64,000 nucleotides of DNA from Microcoleus sp. (GTDB taxonomy: Bacteria > Cyanobacteriota > Cyanobacteriia > Cyanobacteriales > Microcoleaceae): assembly GCF_049646505.1 (NCBI RefSeq), contig NZ_JBARVX010000073.1, positions 7,510-71,509 of the forward strand, written 5' to 3'. Of this stretch, positions 1 through 9,270 are shown one piece after another. A program made the translations under genes and the position numbers. The notes beneath the pieces were generated by a model. The model worked only from the letters and a program-made list of their open reading frames with translations. It was not told the origin of the DNA and did not search any database. The stretch's first letter is position 1. The number at the start of each line of letters is the position of its first letter.

Positions 1-1
1 G

Positions 2-124
2 GTAAAAACAGAGCCAGATCATCCTCTATTTCCCAATTTACCCGTGGTTTTGTTTCCCGGAAATGTGGGGGACAGCCATGCTTTGGCTACGGTTTACAAG
101 CGGCTGAGCAAGCGGGCAGATTAA
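2..124 (+). CDS. 3' end of an unidentified CDS (partial, enters from window edge)
   Basis: Frame 2 is open from the window edge to TAA 122-124 (...PNLPVVLFPGNVGDSHALATVYKRLSKRAD*). It is too short for the ORF track. A palindromic hairpin follows. Product not recognised. Confidence 0.3.
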   Translation, partial: VKTEPDHPLFPNLPVVLFPGNVGDSHALATVYKRLSKRAD

Positions 125-149
125 TCTAAAAAAACACAACACCCAGAGC

Positions 150-172
150 CCCGACTTCTTAGAGAAGTCGGG
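150..172. terminator. Perfect 10-bp palindromic hairpin (cccgacttct-tag-agaagtcggg), terminator-like dispersed palindrome
   Basis: Read directly. A degenerate copy (gatccccgacttccctaagaagtcaaggatc) at 27553-27582 abuts the stop codon of the TPR gene, so the element tends to sit at gene 3' ends. There is no clean U-tract. Confidence 0.4.
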
Positions 173-184
173 ACTCTAACATCT

Positions 185-366
185 TTTGCTCGTTACCAGG
201 CTCTGCCTGGTAATGCAGATAGGCGAGGAAGAGCCTCCTTCGTTTGCTCGTTACCAGGCTCTGCCTGGTAATGCAGATAGGCGAGGAAGAGCCTCCTTTG
301 AGGAAAGCAACTTACAGGAGAGAAGACTGTAGGAGGTGTTTAAGTTATTAAGTTTTCGATCCTAAC
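185..366. mobile_element. MITE-like composite repeat, family A (GCAGAGCCTGGTAACGAG core)
   Basis: Two tandem copies of ctcgttaccaggctctgcctggtaatgcagataggcgaggaagagcctcc, then the module aacttacaggagagaagactgtaggaggtgtttaagttattaagttttcgatcc. The same composite recurs in the opposite orientation at 32309, 39337 and 40545. Confidence 0.8.
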
Positions 367-555
367 ATCTTGAAATTTTCATGCCATAGCGTGTCTTGAC
401 AATCCCCTCAAATCAGCCCAATCCTGCAACTCCTGTAAAACTCGCTCTTCAGATTGCGAATAAAACGGCAGCCTCATTTAGAGTTTCTGAACGCATCGAT
501 AAACATTTTTGGTAACACCAGCCCTACAGTTCAAAAACTACAAGTTTTCGAGTTT

Positions 556-1386
556 TCACCGCCCTAAAAGCTTCACCAAACCAATCCCGCCAAAATACAA
601 ACCGAGCACCGCACCTCCCAAAAGACTTTGAGTCAAAGGGTCAGTAGAAGGTGTTAAAACCGCTCCCAAAACGGCGGCTCCCAAAACTACATAGCGCCAG
701 CCGGAGAGCATTTGGTTGGAAGAAACTATGCCTAAAACACCGAGCAAGACTTGGACGATCGGGATTTGAAATGCTAAGCCAGTGCTGAACATTAATAATA
801 AAACAAATTCAAAGTATTTGTCGATCGACCACAACTGCTCTACAACATCGGCTCCATAGGTGACAAAGAAGTTGAGCGCCGCCGGAATCAGAGCGCTGTA
901 AGCAAATACTAACCCGCCCAAAAACAAGAAACTAGAACCGAAGAAAACCGGGCCGAGCAACCCGCGTTCTTTGCGAGTTAAGCCGGGAAGCACAAATAAT
1001 GCTATTTGGTAAAAAATAAACGGACTGGCGATTAGCAAACCGCTGTATCCCGCTACTTTGATTGAGACAAAGAAATACTCTCCGGGAGCTAGTTGCAAAA
1101 ATTTTACTGCTCCTGCGGGTACTTCTAGCAGTTTTACGATCGGTCTGACATATAAAAAGCAGCCGATTATAGCGATTACTACTGCAATTACCGAGTAGAA
1201 AATTCGCAGCCGCAGTTCTTCTAAATGGTCGAACAAAGACATCTCAATTTCGTCGGGGAGTTCGTCGAGAAATTCGTTTTCGAGGTTGCGGCTACGCACC
1301 CCACCGTCGGCGATTGGTGCAATGCTGGGTTCGAGATTGCTGTCGAAATTTTGTTCGGATGTCTCCAAGTCTGAGGGGGCTGTCAT
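556..1386 (-). CDS. tatC: Sec-independent (twin-arginine) protein translocase subunit TatC
   Basis: [17 protein letters not shown]..., multiple TM helices and [10 protein letters not shown] are typical TatC. I moved the start to ATG 1386 (MTAPSDLE...). The 32 upstream codons of ORF 556..1482 are translated GGGAATN heptamer repeats. Confidence 0.9.
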   Translation of the reverse strand: MTAPSDLETSEQNFDSNLEPSIAPIADGGVRSRNLENEFLDELPDEIEMSLFDHLEELRLRIFYSVIAVVIAIIGCFLYVRPIVKLLEVPAGAVKFLQLAPGEYFFVSIKVAGYSGLLIASPFIFYQIALFVLPGLTRKERGLLGPVFFGSSFLFLGGLVFAYSALIPAALNFFVTYGADVVEQLWSIDKYFEFVLLLMFSTGLAFQIPIVQVLLGVLGIVSSNQMLSGWRYVVLGAAVLGAVLTPSTDPLTQSLLGGAVLGLYFGGIGLVKLLGR

Positions 1387-1388
1387 AG

Positions 1389-1437
1389 GGAATTGGTAAT
1401 GGGGGATTGGGAATTGGGAATCGGGAATGGGGAATCT
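1389..1437. repeat. STRR-type heptamer array (GGGAATN)n immediately 5' of tatC start
   Basis: gggaattggtaatgggggattgggaattgggaatcgggaatggggaatc, read directly. Confidence 0.8.
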
Positions 1438-1493
1438 GGCCGAAAAGCCTTTGTCTTGATTATTATAACCAATAAATAACAACCAACAACTAA

Positions 1494-1570
1494 CTAATGA
1501 CTAATGACTAATGACTAATGACTAATGACTAATGACTAATGACTAATGACTAATGACTAATGACTAATGA
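1494..1570. repeat. STRR heptamer array (CTAATGA) x11
   Basis: Eleven perfect head-to-tail copies. The array supplies the last 4 codons and the stop codon of the oxidoreductase gene (..VISH*). It carries stop codons in every plus-strand frame. Confidence 0.95.
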
Positions 1571-2516
1571 CTTCTTCAATGACGATCGCAATTTTGCCTG
1601 CAGCGCGCCCTGTTTCGCTGTAAGCGTGGGCTGCGGCTACTTCTGCTAAGCTGTAAGTGCGATCGACAATCGGCTCAACTTTCTCAGATTCTATTAACTC
1701 CCGCAAAAATCCCAAGTCTGCCGGGTTGGCATTGGCTAGAATGAATTTAGCTTTTTTACCAGGTAACAACCAGCTTGTCAACATCGGTGCGAGGTTGTCG
1801 AAACTCGGCAAAGTCGAGATATAAACTCCCTCAGATTGCAGCACTTTTTCGCATTCAGCAAATGTTTTGGTTCCGACAGCATCCAAAATTATATCATACT
1901 TTTCTGACTGTTTAGTAAAGTCAATTTCTGCATAATCCAGAACCAAATCTGCCCCCAAACCCTTGACAAAATCTAGATTCTTTGCGCTGCAAACTCCCGT
2001 TACTTCCGCGTTCATTGCTTTGGCAATTTGCACGGCAAAAGTGCCTACTCCGCCGGAAGCACCGTTAATCAATACTTTGTTTCCGGCTTGAATTTCGCCC
2101 AAATCCCGGAGTGCTTGCAAAGCAGTTAAACCTGCGATGGGTACTGCTGCTGCTTCTGCATGGGTGATGTTTTTAGGTTTAAATCCGGCACTCGATTCGG
2201 GCACGGCAGCGTATTCGGCACAAGCACCGCCATTCACGGGATTTAAAAATGTATAAACTTCGTCTCCCGGTTGAAATTTGGTGACTTCCGGGCCGACTTC
2301 CACGACAACTCCCGATATGTCTGAACCGACAATTCGAGGAAAGTTAAATCCTGTCAAGAGTTGCAGGTGTCCTTGCCGGATTTTCCAGTCTACGGGATTG
2401 ATGCTGCTAGCGCGAATTCGGACTAGCAATTCGTTGGATTTGGCGATCGGCTTTTCCAATTCTCGGTACTGCAATTCTTCGGCTGAACCGTAGCGATCGA
2501 ACGCAACTGCTTTCAT
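1557..2516 (-). CDS. NADPH:quinone oxidoreductase / zinc-type alcohol dehydrogenase superfamily (MDR) protein
   Basis: MKAVAFDRYG...INPVDWKIRQG plus the Rossmann motif GASGGVGTFAVQIAK. 319 aa. Confidence 0.85.
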   Translation of the reverse strand: MKAVAFDRYGSAEELQYRELEKPIAKSNELLVRIRASSINPVDWKIRQGHLQLLTGFNFPRIVGSDISGVVVEVGPEVTKFQPGDEVYTFLNPVNGGACAEYAAVPESSAGFKPKNITHAEAAAVPIAGLTALQALRDLGEIQAGNKVLINGASGGVGTFAVQIAKAMNAEVTGVCSAKNLDFVKGLGADLVLDYAEIDFTKQSEKYDIILDAVGTKTFAECEKVLQSEGVYISTLPSFDNLAPMLTSWLLPGKKAKFILANANPADLGFLRELIESEKVEPIVDRTYSLAEVAAAHAYSETGRAAGKIAIVIEEVISH

Positions 2517-2657
2517 GGCAAATTTTCCGGTCTATTTTCAATTGAACACTCAATCCTGTACAATTATCATAGCAATTTTATTTCGTTTGCGAACATTTTT
2601 TTTGAACCGCAGAGGGCGCTGAGATCGCAGAGAAAGAGAAAACATAGAGATGCAGAA

Positions 2658-3416
2658 ATGATTGATTTAACAGGTAAGGTAATTTTAGTAACGGGCGGCT
2701 CGAAAGGGATTGGTGCAGCGACGGTTCGGACTCTGGTTAATGCTGGGGCCGAGGTGATTTTGCATTACTTTCGCAGTCAGGAAAAAGCTGAAGCGGTAGC
2801 AGCAAGTGTTGCGGGCGATCGCTGTTATTTATTAGCAGCAGATTTGATGCTAGAAAATGCGGCTGCGAGTTTGTGGCGAGATGCTTTAAAATGGCGCGGT
2901 CGTATTGATATTATAGTTAACAATGCCGGGATTATGCAGTCAGCGGGTATCGAGGACGAATTCGATATTTGGTCGTCGGTTTGGCAGCAAACTTTACAAG
3001 TTAATTTAGTTGCTGTTGCTGATTTGTGCCGGGAAGCAATTCTGCATTTCAAAACTCGCAGTGGCGGTACAATTATTAATATAGCAAGTCGCGCTGCTTT
3101 TCGCGGCGATGACCCCAATTATTTGCACTACGCCGCGTCAAAAGGTGCGATTGTTGCTTTAACTCGCAGCATTGCTAGAGGATTTGCAGCCGATCGTATT
3201 TTGGCTTTTACTGTTGCACCGGGATTTGTCAGTACGGAAATGGCAGATAAGTTTATTCGGGAGTTTGGCGAAGCTGAGATTGTTCGCGATATCCCGATCG
3301 GCAAAATCGCTCCTCCTCAAGATGTCGCCAATACGATCGCCTTTTTAGCTTCTGGTTTGGCCCAGCACGCTACCGGGACAACGATCGACATTAACGGCGC
3401 CTCTTACGTCCATTGA
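2658..3416 (+). CDS. SDR family oxidoreductase (3-oxoacyl-ACP reductase-like)
   Basis: TGGSKGIGAAT cofactor motif, NNAG, catalytic YAASK. 252 aa. Confidence 0.9.
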   Translation: MIDLTGKVILVTGGSKGIGAATVRTLVNAGAEVILHYFRSQEKAEAVAASVAGDRCYLLAADLMLENAAASLWRDALKWRGRIDIIVNNAGIMQSAGIEDEFDIWSSVWQQTLQVNLVAVADLCREAILHFKTRSGGTIINIASRAAFRGDDPNYLHYAASKGAIVALTRSIARGFAADRILAFTVAPGFVSTEMADKFIREFGEAEIVRDIPIGKIAPPQDVANTIAFLASGLAQHATGTTIDINGASYVH

Positions 3417-3553
3417 GACAATTACTGGAAAATACCTCTCAAGGCTCACGCTGACATTTTTTAACACTCACTAATTTATCACTTTAGCAAGACGCTAAAA
3501 ACATCATACATGACTTATTGTTAGATGAAAAGATAGTCTGAGGAAAGTTGATT

Positions 3554-4651
3554 ATGACAACAGATAACAATACAAACACCAAACGAGTTGCTATCCTTAT
3601 CGAAAATGGAGTAGAAGATTCGGAATTTTTAGTTCCTTACAACGCCTTAAAACAAGCAGGATTTGAAGTAGTTGTTCTCGGTTCCCGTACTAACGAAAAG
3701 TATGCCGGTAAAAATGGTAAAGTTTCCCAGCAAGCGGACGGAACTACCAGTGAATCGGTAGCAGCAGAATTCGATGCAGTGATAATTCCCGGCGGTATGG
3801 CTCCCGATACAATGCGGACTAATCCGAATACCGTGCAATTTGTCAAAGAAGCATTTGAGCAAGGAAAAATCGTGGCTGCTGTGTGTCACGGGCCGCAAGT
3901 TTTGATTGAAGCCGACTTGCTAAGAGGCAAAAATGCCACAGGTTTCTTGGCAATTAAAACAGACATGATTAATGCCGGAGCTAACTATATCGACGAACCT
4001 TTAGTAGTTGACGGCAACTTAATTACTTCCCGGCAACCGGGGGATTTAGCAATATTTACTACCGCAATTCTGGCTCGCCTCGGTTACGGTGGAAAAGCCG
4101 TCGGTTTGCCCGAAGAAACTGACGAAAATGCCGAATGGTGGAAATTAGCTAATGCTTGGGGAGGCTCCACACAAGGCGATATCGTTCAAGGTGTGAATAC
4201 CGCCCTTGCCGGAGAACGCTATGCTTGCGAAGCTTTTCAAAACTATGCGGAAAAAACTGGAGATAGCGATTTGCGATCGCTCCTGACAGAAATGGTCAAA
4301 AACAAACAGCACCACATCCTCGCCCTTGAAAAGCGCCTCAACGATTTTGGCGAAAAACCCTCAATTCCCGCCCAAATTGCTGACAAATACGCTAAATTAA
4401 AAGCCTCGATGCAAGGAACAGATGAAACGTTCTTGCTGCGGAGCACTCTCGGCGACTTGCAAACAGGCGTTGTCGATATCAACAACTTGCGGGCGAAGTT
4501 CACCGATCCGGTATCAACTGCCATTTTTACACAGATAGAATCGGATTTGTTCAAGTGCGAGCAAGCCGTTGCAAAACTATTCCGCGCCCGTGCAGGAGCG
4601 GAGGAAATTAAGGCGCCAAAACCTTCGACTAGCCCCGCTGTGAAGATGTAA
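3554..4651 (+). CDS. DJ-1/PfpI family domain fused to a four-helix-bundle (DUF2383/PA2169-like, ferritin-like) domain
   Basis: N-terminal half has AAVCHGPQVL (nucleophile elbow Cys-His) and IIPGG. C-terminal ~170 aa is helical (GERYACEAFQNYAEKTGDSDLRSLLTEMVKNKQHHILALEKRL). ATG 3554 is preferred over TTG 3548 because an AGGAAAG Shine-Dalgarno lies just upstream. Confidence 0.8.
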   Translation: MTTDNNTNTKRVAILIENGVEDSEFLVPYNALKQAGFEVVVLGSRTNEKYAGKNGKVSQQADGTTSESVAAEFDAVIIPGGMAPDTMRTNPNTVQFVKEAFEQGKIVAAVCHGPQVLIEADLLRGKNATGFLAIKTDMINAGANYIDEPLVVDGNLITSRQPGDLAIFTTAILARLGYGGKAVGLPEETDENAEWWKLANAWGGSTQGDIVQGVNTALAGERYACEAFQNYAEKTGDSDLRSLLTEMVKNKQHHILALEKRLNDFGEKPSIPAQIADKYAKLKASMQGTDETFLLRSTLGDLQTGVVDINNLRAKFTDPVSTAIFTQIESDLFKCEQAVAKLFRARAGAEEIKAPKPSTSPAVKM

Positions 4652-4669
4652 CAAGCAGGCGGATAAATA

Positions 4670-4735
4670 AGTTTGTAGTTGTGCCGAGGGGTTAAAACCC
4701 CCACCAAGAGCGCAACTACAAATTTGCTGTGCAGT
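4670..4735. repeat. Hairpin repeat (tttgtagttgtgc...gcgcaactacaaa), terminator-like
   Basis: Inverted repeat read directly just 3' of the DJ-1 fusion gene. A related arm (gtttgtagtagtgc) lies at 9137-9150, 3' of the next + strand unit. Confidence 0.5.
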
Positions 4736-4820
4736 AATAAAATATACGCCTTTGCGGTAAAATTAAACCCAAGACTAAAATGCAGACGCTAAATTAACTG
4801 CAAGGTGGAGAGTTTATTAA

Positions 4821-6233
4821 ATGGGTTATATTTTTGTTTCAGCGGGACACGGCGGGTTTGAAGGCAGCTTGCGGGATATGGGGGCGATCGCGCTTGGCAC
4901 AACCGAAGCCCAGGAAATGATCCAAACTCGCGACTTAGTAGTAGCCGAATTGCGGCAGCGAGGCATCAACACTTTCTCCGTGCCCGATACTCTGAGTTTG
5001 GTAGAAACTATCGCTTGGATCAACAACCGCAGCCTCGCCGGAGATGTAGCAGTAGAAATTCACGGCGATGCTTTTTCTAATCCCCAAGTTCGCGGTGCTA
5101 CCGCGTTTTATATTGGCAGCAACCCCAAGCGAAAAGCAGATGCGGAGTTAATTTTAAACGGCTATTTACGCAGGTGCCGAGAAATACCGAATCGCGGCGC
5201 AAAACCAGATACTGAAGCCGGTGTTGGTAGCCTCGCATTTTGTCGGCGCGTGAACATTCCTTCGCTACTGATTGAACTCGGTTTTTTGACCAATCCCGAC
5301 GACTTGCGAATTATTCAAACTCGCCGCCGCGATGTCGCCCTCGGACTCGCTGACGGACTCGAAGCTTGGTTAAAAAATACGGATTTGAAACCCTTGCCAA
5401 CACCGACTCCCGCACCGACTCCCGCACCGACTCCCGCACCCACACCCGCACCCACACCCGCACCAAAACCTTTAGTTTATCCCTTAATTAATATCCAAAT
5501 CAACGGTGTGCCCTACGAAGAAAAAGGCATTTTGGTGAACGGAAATTCCTTTGTCCCTTCCGAAGTTCTAGATTTTCTCAACGTTGAACCAGAGGCAGTC
5601 GATCGCCGAATTACGTACAATGGAGTAGTATTCGTGCGGGCGATCGATTTGCGCGATCGGGATATCTCCGTAGCATGGGATCAGTCTACAACATCAGTAT
5701 TGCTGCGATCGCGCCGCGACATCCTTGCAGGAATTGGCAAAATCATGGGCCGCGGTCAAACTACCGCCCAACAAATGTCAGCATTTCTGACAAAAAACAA
5801 CAGTAAAGCACTGACAAACTTTCCTAATTTACCTCAAATCTACGTGCAAGAATCAGCCGCAGAAGGCGTAAACCACGACGTAGCTTTTTGCCAAATGTGT
5901 TTAGAAACAAACTATCTCAAGTTTGGCATTGCAGTCAAACCAGAACAATTTAACTTTGCCGACATGGGATTCATCAGCCCCACAAATTCCGGCATCTCAT
6001 TTCCCGACGCCCGGACAGGAATTAGAGCACAAATTCAGCACCTAAAAGCTTACGGCAGCACCGAACCCATCGAGCAACCTTTAGTTAAAGAAAACGTGCG
6101 TTTTCGCTTTGTCAAGCGCGGCGTCGCCCCCACCGTCAACGAACTTGTAGGTCGCTGGAATTCTGACCCCTTATACGGACAAAAAATCATCAATATCATC
6201 CGGCTTTTGTACGAAAATGCAGGTTTATTGTAG
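4821..6233 (+). CDS. Bifunctional cell-wall hydrolase: N-acetylmuramoyl-L-alanine amidase (Amidase_3) + (PTPA)n linker + glucosaminidase-like C-terminal domain
   Basis: N-terminus SAGHGG...VEIHGDAF...LIELGFLTNP is Amidase_3-like. Linker is [26 protein letters not shown]-terminus has FCQMCLETNYLKFG...HLKAYGS...RWNSDPLYGQKI, which is glucosaminidase-like. Confidence 0.8.
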   Translation: MGYIFVSAGHGGFEGSLRDMGAIALGTTEAQEMIQTRDLVVAELRQRGINTFSVPDTLSLVETIAWINNRSLAGDVAVEIHGDAFSNPQVRGATAFYIGSNPKRKADAELILNGYLRRCREIPNRGAKPDTEAGVGSLAFCRRVNIPSLLIELGFLTNPDDLRIIQTRRRDVALGLADGLEAWLKNTDLKPLPTPTPAPTPAPTPAPTPAPTPAPKPLVYPLINIQINGVPYEEKGILVNGNSFVPSEVLDFLNVEPEAVDRRITYNGVVFVRAIDLRDRDISVAWDQSTTSVLLRSRRDILAGIGKIMGRGQTTAQQMSAFLTKNNSKALTNFPNLPQIYVQESAAEGVNHDVAFCQMCLETNYLKFGIAVKPEQFNFADMGFISPTNSGISFPDARTGIRAQIQHLKAYGSTEPIEQPLVKENVRFRFVKRGVAPTVNELVGRWNSDPLYGQKIINIIRLLYENAGLL

Positions 6234-6428
6234 TCAGTTGACTGTTGACAGTTGATAGTTGATAGTTGACAGTTGATAGTTGTTATTGGTTAGTTGTTAT
6301 TGGTTAGTTGTTATTGGTTAGTTGTTATTAGCCAACAGCCAACAGTCAACAGCCAACAGTCAACAGTCAACAGTCAACAGTCAACAGCCAACAGTCAACA
6401 GTCAACAGCCAACAGCCAACAGTCAACA
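6234..6428. repeat. Large STRR palindrome: (NAGTTGA / TATTGGT)n arm facing a (CAACAGY)n arm
   Basis: About 14 heptamers per arm. The arms are reverse-complementary in 6 of 7 positions per unit, giving a potential imperfect hairpin with arms of nearly 100 nt between the two cell-wall hydrolase genes. Confidence 0.9.
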
Positions 6429-6456
6429 ATGCCAAATTCCCGATTATTAAATAACT

Positions 6457-8475
6457 ATGGTTTCCAGCACAAATCGCTTCTCAGACATTCAAAATAGTTG
6501 GGCAAAAATATTCATTGACGGCTTAGCAGAACGGGCAGTTATCAGCGGATTTCCCGATCGCACTTTTCGCCCCAACAGCAACCTCACCCGCGCCCAATTT
6601 GCCGCCATTGTCAGCAAAGCCTTTCCCATACCCGACAAACGGCCCTACATTCCCTTTATCGACGTTCCCGCCACCCACTGGGCCGCCGCCGCCATTCAAA
6701 CAGCATACAAAAGAGGGTTTATCTCCGGCTATCCCGACAACCTGTTCAAACCCGAAAACAGGATTACCAGAGCCGAGGCATTAGTTGCCTTAGTTAGCGG
6801 AATATTTGGCTCAAATAGTGTACCAACAAGCAATCTTATCCTATCAAACATTTACCAAGATACCACAGAAATTCCCAACTATGCCAAAAATGCGATCGTC
6901 ATAGCCACCCAATCCGAAATAGTCGTAAACTATCCAAATTTAAACTTATTAAATCCCGCCGGAAGCGCCACCAGAGCCGACATTTCAGCCTGGGTTTATC
7001 AAGCATTAGTGTATCTCAAAAAAGCGCCAGCAATATACAATCAATATATTATAGTTCTCAGCAAAGTTCCCAGACCCCAAGTTTACGTCAACCACCAGCG
7101 AGAATTTCGCGGAGTTTGGATAACATCAGTGTGGAATATTGACTGGCCCTTCAGCAACAAACTCTCAACAGAACAGCAAAAAAACGAAATGCTGAGAATT
7201 CTTGACAGGCTGCAAGAAATGAATTTCAATGCAATTATCCTCCAAATTAGAGCAGCAGGCGACGCCCTTTACGCCTCACAATTAGAACCTTGGAGTTCAT
7301 GGCTGACAGGAACTCAAGGAAAACCACCAGAACCTTATTATGACCCTTTAACATTTGCCGTTGCAGAAAGCCACAAACGCAACATCGAAGTTCACGCTTG
7401 GTTCAATCCCTACCGCGCCAAAGTTTCTTATACCCAAACCCCTCCCAACGTCAGCCCGCACATCTCTGTTACCAATCCCGAATGCGTTTATCCGTGGGGC
7501 GACGACTGGTGGATGGATCCGGGAATTGATTTAGTGTTAGAAAAAACTTACAACGTAATTTTAGACGTAGTAAAGCGCTACGATATAGACGGCGTTCACT
7601 TCGACGATTATTTCTATCCTTATCCAATTGCCGGCAAAGAATTTCCCGACAGCAAGATTTACAATAGTTATGTTTCCCGAGGCGGAAAAATGAATTTAGG
7701 AGATTGGCGTCGGGAAAATGTTAACAAGCTAGTTAAAAGACTAGGAGAAGGAATTCGAGCAGCCAAACCCAACGTTAAATTCGGCATCAGTCCCTTCGGG
7801 ATATATCGCCCCGGCCAGCCGCCCCAAAGTCGCGGTTTAGATGCCTACGAAACACTTTACGCCGATGCCAAAAAATGGTTAGTCTCTGGTTGGGTAGATT
7901 ATCTCAATCCGCAACTTTATTGGCGCATCGACCAAACAGCTCAAAGCTATCCAGTTTTGCTGCAATGGTGGCTAGAAAACAACCCGCAAAACCGACATAT
8001 TTATGTGGGAAATAACTTAGGAAAGCTTGACGGTCAGAAATGGAATGTAGCCGAAATCAACAATCAAATTGAGATTACGCGCAACTCCAAACAAAAGTTA
8101 GCTTTAGGCAATGTTTTCTTCAGCATGAAAGCATTTAGCGACAACCGCCAAAAAATATACGATAATTTCAAATCCACTACATACGCGCAACCCGCACTCG
8201 TTCCCGTGATGCCTTGGCAAAATGGAACGCGGCCAGCCCCTCCCGCATCAGCCGTAGTCCAAAAAGTTGGCAACAGCAATATTTTGCAGTGGAAAAATCC
8301 CGCCGATAAAAACATTCGTTCCTGGACGCTTTATCAAAAAAATGGAGATAGCTGGAAGCTCATCAAAATCCTCAATGCAGACACAGTACAAGTAGCCGTA
8401 GGAACGGGAATTTATGCTTTGTGCGCGGTGAGTATCATGGCTGTAGAAAGTGTAGGAGTTTTCATAGAAATATGA
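6457..8475 (+). CDS. SLH-domain protein with glycoside-hydrolase-like GHL10 (DUF187/YngK-type) catalytic domain
   Basis: Three N-terminal SLH repeats (ISGFPDRTFRPNSNLTRAQFA; ISGYPDNLFKPENRITRAEAL; a third ending TRADISAWVYQAL). These are followed by REFRGVWITSVWNIDWP...HAWFNPYR...DGVHFDDYFYPYP. Confidence 0.85.
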   Translation: MVSSTNRFSDIQNSWAKIFIDGLAERAVISGFPDRTFRPNSNLTRAQFAAIVSKAFPIPDKRPYIPFIDVPATHWAAAAIQTAYKRGFISGYPDNLFKPENRITRAEALVALVSGIFGSNSVPTSNLILSNIYQDTTEIPNYAKNAIVIATQSEIVVNYPNLNLLNPAGSATRADISAWVYQALVYLKKAPAIYNQYIIVLSKVPRPQVYVNHQREFRGVWITSVWNIDWPFSNKLSTEQQKNEMLRILDRLQEMNFNAIILQIRAAGDALYASQLEPWSSWLTGTQGKPPEPYYDPLTFAVAESHKRNIEVHAWFNPYRAKVSYTQTPPNVSPHISVTNPECVYPWGDDWWMDPGIDLVLEKTYNVILDVVKRYDIDGVHFDDYFYPYPIAGKEFPDSKIYNSYVSRGGKMNLGDWRRENVNKLVKRLGEGIRAAKPNVKFGISPFGIYRPGQPPQSRGLDAYETLYADAKKWLVSGWVDYLNPQLYWRIDQTAQSYPVLLQWWLENNPQNRHIYVGNNLGKLDGQKWNVAEINNQIEITRNSKQKLALGNVFFSMKAFSDNRQKIYDNFKSTTYAQPALVPVMPWQNGTRPAPPASAVVQKVGNSNILQWKNPADKNIRSWTLYQKNGDSWKLIKILNADTVQVAVGTGIYALCAVSIMAVESVGVFIEI

Positions 8476-8497
8476 GGATTAAGATATAAATGTAAAA

Positions 8498-9133
8498 ATG
8501 AATATGCAATATATGCAACTTGCCGAACAAAGACGAAAAATTTACCTTGAAATCGCCCTTCGCCGATGCCGTCCCGGTAGCGGCAGCAGCTTAGAATTTC
8601 TCAAAAAAAGAACTTGGAACACTCCCGTGACTAACATTAAAGCTATTATCAAACAAACTCAATTTGTTGTTGTAGGAGGAATTGCTACCAGGCTTTATAT
8701 GCCAGAACGCATGACTGACGATCTAGATATTTTAGTATTAACTGATGATGCCGAAAATCTATATCAAGAATTAGCGGCAACTGGCAGTATAAAAGTTGGA
8801 GAACTCAGCATTGGTGGCAGTAGTTGGCAACTACCAGACGGTAGTATTTTGGATGTTCTTGAATCACAACAACCTTGGGTTACAGAAGCGATCGCCAACC
8901 CCAACATCGCCCCCGATAACTTGCCAATTATCCGATTGCCTTATTTAATTATAATGAAATTGCAAGCCAGTCGCGGTATAGATATGGGCGACTTGACGCG
9001 GATGTTGGGAGGGGCCGACGAAACTGCCTTAGAATTAGTAAGAAATACAGTGAAAACTTACCTTCCCGATGCAGTGGAAGACTTAGAAAGTTTAATTGTA
9101 CTGGGAAAATTAGAAATGGGAGAATTACGTTAA
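8498..9133 (+). CDS. Hypothetical protein with minimal nucleotidyltransferase (pol-beta fold) signature
   Basis: VVGGIATRLYMPERMTDDLDILV fits hG[GS]-x(9-13)-Dh[DE]h. No HEPN or other partner is adjacent. Confidence 0.5.
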   Translation: MNMQYMQLAEQRRKIYLEIALRRCRPGSGSSLEFLKKRTWNTPVTNIKAIIKQTQFVVVGGIATRLYMPERMTDDLDILVLTDDAENLYQELAATGSIKVGELSIGGSSWQLPDGSILDVLESQQPWVTEAIANPNIAPDNLPIIRLPYLIIMKLQASRGIDMGDLTRMLGGADETALELVRNTVKTYLPDAVEDLESLIVLGKLEMGELR

Positions 9134-9270
9134 TCGTTTGTAGTAGTGCTGGGATACCGCCGCACCCACCAAGGTGAAAAAATCAACCATCTTCCTCTAG
9201 ACAGGAGACAGCTTGGCGATAAATACGCTATCCTGTTGCCAATATTTTTGATTTTGAGGAAAAAACGGCT

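Noticed and set aside
6294-6497. 67-aa ORF (…QQSTVNSQQSTANSQQ…)
   Set aside because: It is purely a translation of the STRR heptamer palindrome.
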